Source of the DNA: a virus
Taxonomy: Duplodnaviria; Caudoviricetes
Direction: 5' to 3' (one strand)
IMG/VR virus record: IMGVR_UViG_3300031454_000259
Coordinates: 1 to 37,460 of that record
Length of the DNA stretch: 37,460 nucleotides
The notes under the pieces: generated by a model
What the model was told of the DNA's origin: nothing
What the model saw: only the letters and a program-made list of their open reading frames with translations
Databases searched by the model: none
Shown: piece after piece, positions 1-7,848 of the stretch
Layout: every line of letters starts with the position of its first letter
How positions within the stretch are numbered: the stretch's first letter is position 1
Translations under genes and position numbers: made by a program

Positions 1-786
1 ATGATCGGCCAATACCAGGACGCCTTCCAGTGTCGGCTCATCGTGATGATCGACGACGTGTTCCCGGACAGTGTCGGCTTCCTGGAAGACCTGATCCACG
101 ACGCAGACCCTGAGCAGGACCTGCACCTGCTGCTCGACAGCCCCGGCGGTGACGGGGAGACCGCCATCCGGTTGGTCCGCTCGATGCAGGCGCGGTGCCG
201 CGAGTTGACGGTGCTGATCCCGGACCAGGCCAAGAGCGCCGCCACGCTCCTGGCCCTGGGCGCTCACCACATCGTCATGGGTCCCACGAGCGACCTCGGT
301 CCCGTGGATCCGCAGTTCCGCGTCCCGCGCGGGTCGGGCGGCTACGACCTCGTGGCCGCGAAGGACATGCTCGAGGCCGTCGAACGCGCCGAGAAGGCGG
401 TGGCTGAGGAGCCGGCCACGTTCCCCCTACACGCCGCGCTGCTCGCTGATGTAACGGGACTGATGGCCGCAACGGCGAGGTCTGCGATCGCCCGAACTGA
501 CGATCTGGTCGTGGAGTGCCTGGCCAGCTGTAGCGGCCGGTCAGACGAGGAGGTCGCCGAGCTCGCTCAATCACTGCATGAACCGCTGATCGATGCACCT
601 CGCAGTCATGCTGCCGTCTTCGGCGCCGAGGCTGCTCGGCGCGCGGGGCTACCCGTGCGAGTTGTCGATCCCCGAAGTCCGCAGTGGCAGTTGATCTGGC
701 GCTTGTACATCAAGTACCGGACGCTCCCGCTGTCCGGAGTCTACGAGGGTGTGGCCGCCTCGCAGGTGGTGCCACCCATGCGCTAG
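1..786 (+). CDS. SDH (DUF114)/Clp-fold serine protease; true start may lie upstream of the window
   Basis: Motifs LLLDSPGG, AKSAATLLALGA and SDLGPVDPQ, plus a C-terminal SH, typical of the SDH_sah/S49-like family. Confidence 0.85.
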   Translation: MIGQYQDAFQCRLIVMIDDVFPDSVGFLEDLIHDADPEQDLHLLLDSPGGDGETAIRLVRSMQARCRELTVLIPDQAKSAATLLALGAHHIVMGPTSDLGPVDPQFRVPRGSGGYDLVAAKDMLEAVERAEKAVAEEPATFPLHAALLADVTGLMAATARSAIARTDDLVVECLASCSGRSDEEVAELAQSLHEPLIDAPRSHAAVFGAEAARRAGLPVRVVDPRSPQWQLIWRLYIKYRTLPLSGVYEGVAASQVVPPMR

Positions 787-813
787 GTCCGCCTTCCCCT
801 GGAAGGACAGTCG

Positions 814-1038
814 CTAGCGCTCCGTCAGCCTGGGCCTGTTCCGCTCCTCGATCTGCACCTCGCCGCGCGCGAACTTCCGCACGCCGTAGACCTCGTACAT
901 CTCGTAGCGCGCCGCCTCCTCGGACTCGTACTGCCGCGCGTTGCCCGGGTACGGCGTCCACCCGCGACCGCTCCGGTTCTCGCCCCACCAGTGCTTGCGC
1001 TCGCCCGGGCCCTCGCAGGTGATCACCCAGTGTCTCAC
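814..1038 (-). CDS. Small hypothetical protein (74 aa) coupled to the integrase
   Basis: Its GTG overlaps the integrase TGA (GTGA at 1035-1038). Trp/Tyr-rich, protein-like composition. Confidence 0.6.
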   Translation of the reverse strand: MRHWVITCEGPGERKHWWGENRSGRGWTPYPGNARQYESEEAARYEMYEVYGVRKFARGEVQIEERNRPRLTER

Positions 1039-2141
1039 TGCGTCCCCCTAACCCCTCGTGTGTCAGGCGCACCTGCCGAGCCAAAGGCCGCATCGACGAC
1101 CCGTCGCGTCTTCTCCGCGCTCTCCCGGAACAGGTGCGAGTACGTCTTCAACGTCTCGGTCGCGTCCTTGTGCCCGACGCGCCGGGCCACGACGACCACG
1201 CTCTCGCCGCCCTCGATGAGCATTGACACGTAGCTGTGCCGCAGGTCGTGGAAGTGCGTGCCCTTCGGCAGGCCGGCCACGCGTAGGGCGACGGTCCAGG
1301 TGCGGTGCAGGTTGCGCCGGTCGAGGCAGCCACCGCGGGTGTTCGCGAACACCAGGTTCCACGGCCCCCGCGGGTAGGCGGCGATGTGCTCGGCGAGCGC
1401 CTCGAGCACCAGGTCGGGCACCGGCACGGTGCGCCGGCTGCTCGGGGTCTTCGGCGGGCCCAGGTGCACCTCGGTGCCGGTGACGTCGACGAGCTGCTGC
1501 ACGACGTGCAGCTCGCGCCGCAGGAAGTCGATGCGGTCGACGGTGAGCCCGAGGCACTCCCCCAGCCGCAGCCCGGTGCCGCCGGCAAGCAGGATCAGCG
1601 CCCGGTACCGGAGGCCCGCCGCCTCGGCGACCGCCAGGACCTGCTCGACGGTCATCGGGTCGACGTCGCGGCGCTCGATCTCGGGCAGCCGGATCCGCCG
1701 GCATGGCGAGGCCGCCAGCATGCCGTCGAGGACGGCGCTGTTGAACACCGCGCTGAGAGTCTTGAGCACTCCGGCCACGGTGGCCGGCGCGAGCGTCTGA
1801 GCGAGGCCGGTCGCGAGGGCCTGAACGTCGCTACGGCGTACCTGGGACACCGCGCGGGCGCCGAGGGTCGGGTAGACGTGCAGGCGCAGCTGCCGCTCGA
1901 TGAGAGCGGCGCTGCCGGCTCGGTGCGGCTGGGCTGCCCGCCAGGCCTCGGCGACCTCGCGCAGCGTCGCCCTGCCGGCGGCCGCGTCGACGTAGGTGCC
2001 GCGGGCCATGTCGGCGGTGACGACGGCGGCTTGCCGGTCGGCGTCGACCTTCTTGGCGAAGTTCGCCTCGCGGCTGCGGCCGTCGGGGTCGCGCCAGCGG
2101 ACACGCCAGGCGCCGTTGTCGCGGCGCTTCACGCTAGCCAT
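1035..2141 (-). CDS. int: Tyrosine integrase
   Basis: N-terminal arm-binding-type domain (WRVRWRDPDG). Catalytic R (GLRLGE), K (PPKT), HxxR (FHDLRH), H (VGH) and Y (TYSH) all present. Confidence 0.97.
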   Translation of the reverse strand: MASVKRRDNGAWRVRWRDPDGRSREANFAKKVDADRQAAVVTADMARGTYVDAAAGRATLREVAEAWRAAQPHRAGSAALIERQLRLHVYPTLGARAVSQVRRSDVQALATGLAQTLAPATVAGVLKTLSAVFNSAVLDGMLAASPCRRIRLPEIERRDVDPMTVEQVLAVAEAAGLRYRALILLAGGTGLRLGECLGLTVDRIDFLRRELHVVQQLVDVTGTEVHLGPPKTPSSRRTVPVPDLVLEALAEHIAAYPRGPWNLVFANTRGGCLDRRNLHRTWTVALRVAGLPKGTHFHDLRHSYVSMLIEGGESVVVVARRVGHKDATETLKTYSHLFRESAEKTRRVVDAAFGSAGAPDTRGVRGTQ

Positions 2142-2147
2142 GGACCG

Positions 2148-2657
2148 TCACCCGACTCGCCACTGGTACTCGGTGACCCGGCCACTGGCCGCCAGTTCTG
2201 CCTTCACAGCATCTAATCGCATGTGTAGCCGTCGATCGCGTCGAGGATGCGCCAGCCGCGCACGCACGGGGTGCCAGGAATGGTCCGTCAGCAGGGCGCC
2301 TGCATCCCGCACAACATCCCCAAGCTCCGAGGGGATCGAGCCGGCGTATTCGGGATAGTCCTCCTCCAGGTGAACCTGCGAAACGCGGCGAGCAACCGTG
2401 GCAGCGTAGACGTAACGATCCAAGGCAGGGCGCGACGTAGCGGCCATGAGGCCGGCAGTCTCCAGGCCCAAGACTGCGCGCTTGAACGCCTCATAGTCAC
2501 CAGCGAAGGCCCATCGCAGTGTGTCCACGTTGCCCATCGCCTCAATCACAGCCACCCTGGCGGCGCGACGCTCCCGACCACTCGATAGGTACGGCCCCAC
2601 GATCGTGCCAAGGATCGCGGCAGCTGCAGTCGTGAGCAGCTCGGCACCGGTGGCCAT
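2148..2657 (-). CDS. Hypothetical protein with N-terminal membrane anchor
   Basis: Hydrophobic N-terminus LLTTAAAAILGTIVGPYL followed by basic residues. ATG overlaps the upstream stop at 2657. Visibly lower GC. Confidence 0.7.
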   Translation of the reverse strand: MATGAELLTTAAAAILGTIVGPYLSSGRERRAARVAVIEAMGNVDTLRWAFAGDYEAFKRAVLGLETAGLMAATSRPALDRYVYAATVARRVSQVHLEEDYPEYAGSIPSELGDVVRDAGALLTDHSWHPVRARLAHPRRDRRLHMRLDAVKAELAASGRVTEYQWRVG

Positions 2658-3472
2658 CAGCGCGACCTGGGCCGGCGCTGCACCCGGTGCTGCTCGCGGT
2701 AGTGCCCGTTGCTGCTGGCGCCGGAGATCATCCAGGCGTCGAGGTCAGCCGCCTTGAACGCCCAGGAGCTACGCGGCGTCTCGCGCACCCCGGCCAGACG
2801 GCCGACGAGCGCTGCTTGGCTGACCGCCGACCGTGACCGCCCGGTGTACTCCGCGGCCTGATCGGCGTTCAGCCAGCCGTCCCGCGCGGACTCCTTCGAC
2901 GCCGCCTCGAGCCGCTCGGCTCGCTGCAGGACCGCCCTGGTCTCGTACACCAGGTCCTCGACGACGTCGGTCAGGGCGTAGAGGCCCTCGAGCACGCGGC
3001 CGTCCGGGCGCTGCCAGAGCTGCTGCCGCGCCACCCGGTCCTGCTTCACCTCGGCGATCGTGTGCGGGCCGACCGGTGGGTCGGGGTGGTGCTGGCGGCA
3101 CCAGCGCTCGCCGTCGAGGACGCCGCGGCCGCACCGGAGGTTGAGGCGCACGGCCACGCCCGCCTGGCAGCGGGGCCGCCCGTCGGGAGCCGACTCCGGC
3201 ATCCCGCTGTGGCGCTCGACCTTGACGAACCTTGTGTAGTGCGAGACGTCGCTCTTCTGCCCGAGCGCCCGGACGATGTCGGCGTCCTTCATGCCCAGGT
3301 AGGGCGTCAGGTCGACGTACGGCGGCGGGGCCGCCCTCCGCTTCCGGCTGGGGTTCGCCTTCTCGGACGCCGCGAGCTGCTGCTCAGCGAGCCGCTGCTG
3401 AGCGTCGCGGACGACCTCGCCGAGCAGCTCGGAGAGGTGGTGATGGTCAGGGACAGGGGCTTCCACGGTCAC
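2657..3472 (-). CDS. Zn-finger plus C-terminal excisionase-type (HTH_17) DNA-binding protein
   Basis: CCCH motif RCQAG...RCGRG...WCRQH and C-terminal WLNADQAAEYTGRSRSAV...WAFKAADLDAW. Confidence 0.75.
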   Translation of the reverse strand: MTVEAPVPDHHHLSELLGEVVRDAQQRLAEQQLAASEKANPSRKRRAAPPPYVDLTPYLGMKDADIVRALGQKSDVSHYTRFVKVERHSGMPESAPDGRPRCQAGVAVRLNLRCGRGVLDGERWCRQHHPDPPVGPHTIAEVKQDRVARQQLWQRPDGRVLEGLYALTDVVEDLVYETRAVLQRAERLEAASKESARDGWLNADQAAEYTGRSRSAVSQAALVGRLAGVRETPRSSWAFKAADLDAWMISGASSNGHYREQHRVQRRPRSR

Positions 3473-4567
3473 TCAAGGCGCTCCGTCGACGGCCTGGTCG
3501 ATCGCTTCGATCGACTCCTTGGTAGCCGGGGGCGTATCGAAACCGCCGTCCGCCGCGTTCCGATAGTGACTCTCCGCGAGAGCCATAGCCACGCGCACCC
3601 ACTCCTCAATAGGTGCATTGCCCTTGGCCGCTTCCACCATGTGCAAGATGGTGCGCTCGGTAATCGGCTCTAATGCGCTCGCCCGTTCTGCTCGGCTACG
3701 CGGGCGGCGCCGGCTTGCCATCACTAGGTCGTTACCGACCTGCCCCGACGCAGCCTCCTGCAACTCCCGCGCGAGGTCCAGGTCAATGCCGTCCCGAATG
3801 CGCACAGCCTCTGCGCGCTGCTCGTCCCCATCAAGGTCGACAAGCTTAGGCAGCATGTCCTGGTAGCGGTCATGCCAGACGGTGTCGATTGGCGCGCCAA
3901 AGCATCGCTCACCCCAGACCTCAACCGCTTCCGTATCCCAGCCAAGCCGCTTGGCGAGGCGCCGCTCCACGCCTGAGTGCCGAAGCAGCGCTCTATCCCC
4001 AATGGGATAAGCAAGCGACTCCTCGGCCTTGGCAGTCTGCGACAAGAGGTGCGCCGTCTCCCGCATGGCTGACGCGTGCTCGCGCAAACGATCCGCGTCG
4101 GCGAGCAGCATCGCAGAACGTTCTGCGGCCAAGCCCTGCATACGCTGTAACTGGCCGCGAGTGAGGCGGACTCCGGCGCCTTTGAAGAACTCACGAAGTC
4201 GCTGCCACAGGTCCGGGGTATCGCGCTGTAGCACCTCTACAAGTTCCGCAGCCAGCATGAGGCCGGTACTGCTGGGTCCAGGAACCTGCACCGCCCTAAC
4301 GGGTAAGGGCGGAATCAAGAACCAGACCAACGGCAGATCGAACGCTCGACTGAAGGCAACCAGGTCGTCAGCTGTGAACTCACGTAACCGGCCGCCGGCC
4401 ACTGAGCGCTCAACCGCACTCCACACAGCCTTGGACCACCTAGTGCCCAGGTAGGGCGCGAGACGGTCCGCCGCATCCTGCTGCGTCAGGCCCAGGTTGA
4501 GACGGGCTCGACGAAGGTTCGCAGCAACGATCTGGTTCGGGGTCAGTACGTCTGGTCCCTCAGTCAC
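3473..4567 (-). CDS. XRE-family HTH repressor (putative immunity repressor) with long C-terminal region
   Basis: N-terminal NLRRARLNLGLTQQDAADRL...WSAVER...DDLVAFSRAFDLP. Divergent from a cro-like gene. Confidence 0.8.
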   Translation of the reverse strand: MTEGPDVLTPNQIVAANLRRARLNLGLTQQDAADRLAPYLGTRWSKAVWSAVERSVAGGRLREFTADDLVAFSRAFDLPLVWFLIPPLPVRAVQVPGPSSTGLMLAAELVEVLQRDTPDLWQRLREFFKGAGVRLTRGQLQRMQGLAAERSAMLLADADRLREHASAMRETAHLLSQTAKAEESLAYPIGDRALLRHSGVERRLAKRLGWDTEAVEVWGERCFGAPIDTVWHDRYQDMLPKLVDLDGDEQRAEAVRIRDGIDLDLARELQEAASGQVGNDLVMASRRRPRSRAERASALEPITERTILHMVEAAKGNAPIEEWVRVAMALAESHYRNAADGGFDTPPATKESIEAIDQAVDGAP

Positions 4568-4573
4568 GCGCTG

Positions 4574-4603
4574 ACCCTACGGGCGTCGTTGCCGTGTAGT
4601 CAA
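4574..4603 (-). promoter_or_regulatory. Leftward sigma70-type promoter; leaderless repressor mRNA
   Basis: Minus strand TTGACT (4603-4598), 18 nt, TAGGGT (4579-4574), 6 nt, GTG start at 4567. Confidence 0.7.
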
Positions 4604-4630
4604 CACGCAGGCAACTCGTCCAGCTGCTGC

Positions 4631-4659
4631 TTGACCAACGCACTGCGGAGCACTACAAC
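4631..4659 (+). promoter_or_regulatory. Rightward sigma70-type promoter; leaderless cro-like mRNA
   Basis: TTGACC (4631-4636), 17 nt, TACAAC (4654-4659), 6 nt, GTG start at 4666. Confidence 0.65.
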
Positions 4660-4665
4660 AGGTCT

Positions 4666-4881
4666 GTGGCCGCGCAGTCGACATGCACCGAAGCAGACTC
4701 CCGGCTGCGAGCCGCGAGGGTGCAAGCAGGTCGAGGCCTGCGCGAGACGGCCCGAGCCGTCAACCGGGACCCGAGCCACTACCTGCGGATGGAGCGCGGG
4801 ATAGCGCGCCTCGACGCACGCACGCTCCTGCAACTCGCTCAGTTCCTTCAAGTCCCCGCGACTGATCTCGTAGCGCTCTGA
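4666..4881 (+). CDS. Cro-like XRE HTH protein
   Basis: RLRAARVQAGRGLRETARAVNRDPSHYLRMERG...LLQLAQFLQV. 71 aa, divergent from the repressor. Confidence 0.85.
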   Translation: MAAQSTCTEADSRLRAARVQAGRGLRETARAVNRDPSHYLRMERGIARLDARTLLQLAQFLQVPATDLVAL

Positions 4882-4927
4882 GGGTCGGAGTAGCCAGGCC
4901 GCGACGACAACCGCCGTCGCGTTCAGC

Positions 4928-4964
4928 AAAAGCCGCGGCCAGGTGCTGGAACACCTGCCGCGGC
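4928..4964 (-). terminator. GC hairpin followed by a U-run on the minus strand (possible intrinsic terminator)
   Basis: GCCGCGGC-C-AGGTG, loop CTGGAA, CACCT-GCCGCGGC (4932-4964), preceded on the + strand by AAAA (4928-4931). Confidence 0.45.
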
Positions 4965-4982
4965 GTGACGGGAAGGAACCCC

Positions 4983-5960
4983 GTGACCAGCACAGTACGC
5001 AACCCGATCCAGAACAACCAGTCCCCTGTTCAGGTGATCGCACCGCCCACCATCGCCACCCTGCCCCCCCTTCCGTCGTGGGCGGCGCACATCAGCGTCG
5101 AGGGCCCCTACCTCGATGCCACGTCCGAGGACGTGGGCGGTCCGATCACCGTCGACGGGGAGCTCCCCGGCATGCAGGACGAGCTGAAGGTCAACCTGCG
5201 GATCACCGAGGAGATGCGGGCCGATCGCACGGTCACCCGCACCTCGCCCGTCGTCGAGGTACACGCCGGCTGGGCGCTGCAGCTCGACGCAGCGCAGGCC
5301 GGCACGCTGCGTGAGAACCTCAGCCTCGCGCTCTCCCTGCTCGAGGGCAAGCAGCCGGACGAGGACAAGCGTGAGGCCCGGCACGAGCCGGTGGCCAGGC
5401 CGAACAACGCGCCCGAGGTGCCCGACAGGACGACCAGCCAGCGCCTCGTGCCGCTGCCCGTCTCCGACCACTACGCGCGCGGCTACACCGCACACGTCGG
5501 TGGCCGCACCGGCCAGCCGGACCCGAACGACCCGTCGGACACGATCGAGGTCTGGGGGCACTGCAGGCCCTTCTGCAGCGCGACCGAGGGCATCCGCACC
5601 GATGGGCTGACCGTCGGCGAGCACGGCCCGTTCTGCCAGTCGCAGATGACCGCTGGCATCGACGGCCGCGACATGGCCGGGGAGCGCGCCTCGATCTACG
5701 CGACCGTCGTCCAGGCGTACCAGCACGGGACGTACCTGCGCGCCGACCTGTACGGGCGCCACTTCGAGCCCGAGGTCCAGCTCGACCTGGTGCTGCGTGG
5801 CATCGAGCCGGACGAGGGCGACAGCGACGCCCGGAAGGTCAACATCTCGATCGGTGACGCCCGCCGGCTCGCCGCCGGCTTGATCCGCGCGGCCGAGGTG
5901 GCCGACCGCCTGGACATCGACCTGCAGGACGCCAAGCGGGCCCGGGCGGAGAACCGATGA
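4983..5960 (+). CDS. Hypothetical early protein, two loosely similar halves (DUF6907-like by eye)
   Basis: RBS GGAAGGAA before GTG 4983. Each half ends in an amphipathic helix (LDAAQAGTLRENL; ISIGDARRLAAGL). Second half has CRPFC...H. Confidence 0.7.
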   Translation: MTSTVRNPIQNNQSPVQVIAPPTIATLPPLPSWAAHISVEGPYLDATSEDVGGPITVDGELPGMQDELKVNLRITEEMRADRTVTRTSPVVEVHAGWALQLDAAQAGTLRENLSLALSLLEGKQPDEDKREARHEPVARPNNAPEVPDRTTSQRLVPLPVSDHYARGYTAHVGGRTGQPDPNDPSDTIEVWGHCRPFCSATEGIRTDGLTVGEHGPFCQSQMTAGIDGRDMAGERASIYATVVQAYQHGTYLRADLYGRHFEPEVQLDLVLRGIEPDEGDSDARKVNISIGDARRLAAGLIRAAEVADRLDIDLQDAKRARAENR

Positions 5961-6280
5961 GCCGCGCCGCCGAGCAGGCCGAGCTGAAGGCTCGCCTGCG
6001 CGTCCTGCAGGCGGACGACCCGCTGCACGACGAGGTCTTCGCCCGGCTCGTGCTGCTCGACAGCCTGCAGCGTGCCGAGGACAAGGCCGCGGCAGCCGAG
6101 CTGTCCCCGTGGCAGCTGCTCGAGCGAATCGAGCTGGCCCGCGCCCTGATCCTCCACCACTTCGGCATGGACGGCCGCGGCGCCCGGGAGGTCCTCGCCG
6201 CCCTGAACGGCGCGACCGGCGAGCAGATCAGCCGTCCCGAGGTCACCCGGCTCGCGGAGCGGCGCGTGCCCCATGGCTGA
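5957..6280 (+). CDS. Hypothetical protein
   Basis: ATGA overlap with the upstream gene; GC3-biased codons. Confidence 0.7.
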   Translation: MSRAAEQAELKARLRVLQADDPLHDEVFARLVLLDSLQRAEDKAAAAELSPWQLLERIELARALILHHFGMDGRGAREVLAALNGATGEQISRPEVTRLAERRVPHG

Positions 6281-6515
6281 GCCCGAGCCGCTGCTCACGC
6301 CGGCGGACGTCGAGGCGTGGCTCGCGCTGCCGCAATCGACGCAGCGCAACATGCGCTCGGCACGGCGCATCCCGTACCTGCGGCTCGCGGGCGGGGCGGT
6401 GCGCTACCGGCGCGCCGACCTCGAGCGCTGGCTCAAGGAGGCCGAGAAACCGGTCGTCGTCCACCCGCCGCTGCCGCTCGGGCGGCCGCGGAAGCGGACG
6501 GCGGGTGCGCGGTGA
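6273..6515 (+). CDS. Excisionase-like HTH_17 DNA-binding protein
   Basis: LLTPADVEAWL...IPYLRLAGGAVRYRRADLERWL, with a C-terminal GRPRKR tail. Confidence 0.85.
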   Translation: MAEPEPLLTPADVEAWLALPQSTQRNMRSARRIPYLRLAGGAVRYRRADLERWLKEAEKPVVVHPPLPLGRPRKRTAGAR

Positions 6516-6742
6516 CCGTCCACAGCAGCACTAGCGCGCTGCGCCACGAAGTCGACCCGATCAACGCCGGCCGGCCGTGCTTCACCTGTGATAGGCCGCT
6601 CGTCGACCGGCCGCCGCTGGTGCTACACGACGGCGTCGACACGGCGCCGCAGGGCATGTGGCTGCACGCGGAGCGCGCTGTCCGACTCGCCGGACACCGG
6701 CTGCGTGACGGGCTACGCGCACCCGGCGGAGGCGCCGGATGA
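6512..6742 (+). CDS. Small CxxC...H protein (possible Zn binder)
   Basis: GTGA overlap at 6512 and ATGA overlap at 6739. Contains PCFTCDRP...WLH. Confidence 0.55.
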   Translation: MTVHSSTSALRHEVDPINAGRPCFTCDRPLVDRPPLVLHDGVDTAPQGMWLHAERAVRLAGHRLRDGLRAPGGGAG

Positions 6743-7848
6743 CGGCACCAGTCGACGACGACCTGCGGGCTGCCCTGGCGCTGCGCGAGGACGAGACCGT
6801 CGAGGTGGTCTCGATGCCGGCCGAGCGTGGCAACAGCGCCACGCTCGGCCGGGCGTTCACGATCCCCGCCCAGCTCGACGACGCCGTGGCGTTCGCCGCA
6901 GCCGAGGCCGCTCGCGAGGCACGCACCGTCTCCGTCGGCATCGGCTGCCTGACCCCGGCCGCAGCCGACCGCATCGGCGTGCCAGGAGGCTGGGCTCGAG
7001 CAGGCACCTCGAACGCGGAGGCCGAGGGGATCGACCTGCTGCTCGGCTACAGGTGGATGGCCGTCGACATCGACCCCGACAAGCAGCAGCCCGAGACTCT
7101 CGCCGAGCTCTACGGCCGGCTCAGTACGCTGCCACCCGCGACCGCTCTGGTGGCCTCGGGGGCCGGCCTGCACGGCTGGTGGCGGCTAGACAGGATGGTG
7201 CGACCGGAGCAGGGCCGGCGCCTCCTCGCCGCCCTTGCCGACGCGGTCGGCGGGGACCGAGGCACCGTCCAGGCCGCACGCGCCCTGCGCCTGCCCGGGA
7301 CGTTCAACGCCAAGCCGCACGTCCAGCTGCACGCGCGGCTTGCCTTGCCCGCGCACACCACCGACCACGACCCGAACATCCTGCTCGAGGCCGCACTGGC
7401 GCTGGCTCCCCCTCCCGCGCCGGTCGCGCAGCCCCGCACGCCCCAGCCGCGCGCCTACGACGGCAACGACCTCAAGGAGCGGGTGCGCGCCCGCTACGAC
7501 CTCGCCGCCGAGCTTGACCGCGTCTGCGGACCCGCCCGCCGAGGTGACTGGTCGTGCTTCGCCCACGAGGACCGCACCCCGAGCCTGCGGCTGGTGCAGG
7601 GCGCCGACACCGCGGCGATCTGCTACGGCGGAGGCCACCCCGACGGGGTCGGGCTGCGCAAGGACAGCGGCCACGTCCTCGACGTCTTCGACCTCCTGGC
7701 ATGGGAGAACGGCATCTCCACGCGGCAGATGCTGTCCGATCTGGTCACCGAGGAACGCGGCCGCAAGGCCGTGGTGGTGTCGGCGCCCGTCGGGCCTGGC
7801 CTGCCGCGTCTCGCCGAAGTCCTGCGCCGGACGGCCTCACGTGCATGA
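6739..7848 (+). CDS. RepB'-type (AEP superfamily) DNA primase with C-terminal CHC2-like Zn finger
   Basis: Motifs AVDID, VASGAGLHGWW and RALRLPGTFN. C-terminal WSCFAHEDRTPSL...ICYGG...DVFDL. Confidence 0.75.
   Translation: MTAPVDDDLRAALALREDETVEVVSMPAERGNSATLGRAFTIPAQLDDAVAFAAAEAAREARTVSVGIGCLTPAAADRIGVPGGWARAGTSNAEAEGIDLLLGYRWMAVDIDPDKQQPETLAELYGRLSTLPPATALVASGAGLHGWWRLDRMVRPEQGRRLLAALADAVGGDRGTVQAARALRLPGTFNAKPHVQLHARLALPAHTTDHDPNILLEAALALAPPPAPVAQPRTPQPRAYDGNDLKERVRARYDLAAELDRVCGPARRGDWSCFAHEDRTPSLRLVQGADTAAICYGGGHPDGVGLRKDSGHVLDVFDLLAWENGISTRQMLSDLVTEERGRKAVVVSAPVGPGLPRLAEVLRRTASRA

Noticed and set aside
787-813. attP/attL or terminator in the gap (CCTTCC-CCT-GGAAGG)
   Set aside because: Only a 6-bp stem with no U-tract, no tRNA-like core and no second copy seen.
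7554-7844. Tracked upstream extensions of several ORFs (7554, 9494, 13494, 14989, 18638, 21065, 27776, 31948, 34701, 36748)
   Set aside because: Each overlaps the preceding gene off-frame; downstream starts with an RBS or stop/start overlap are better supported.
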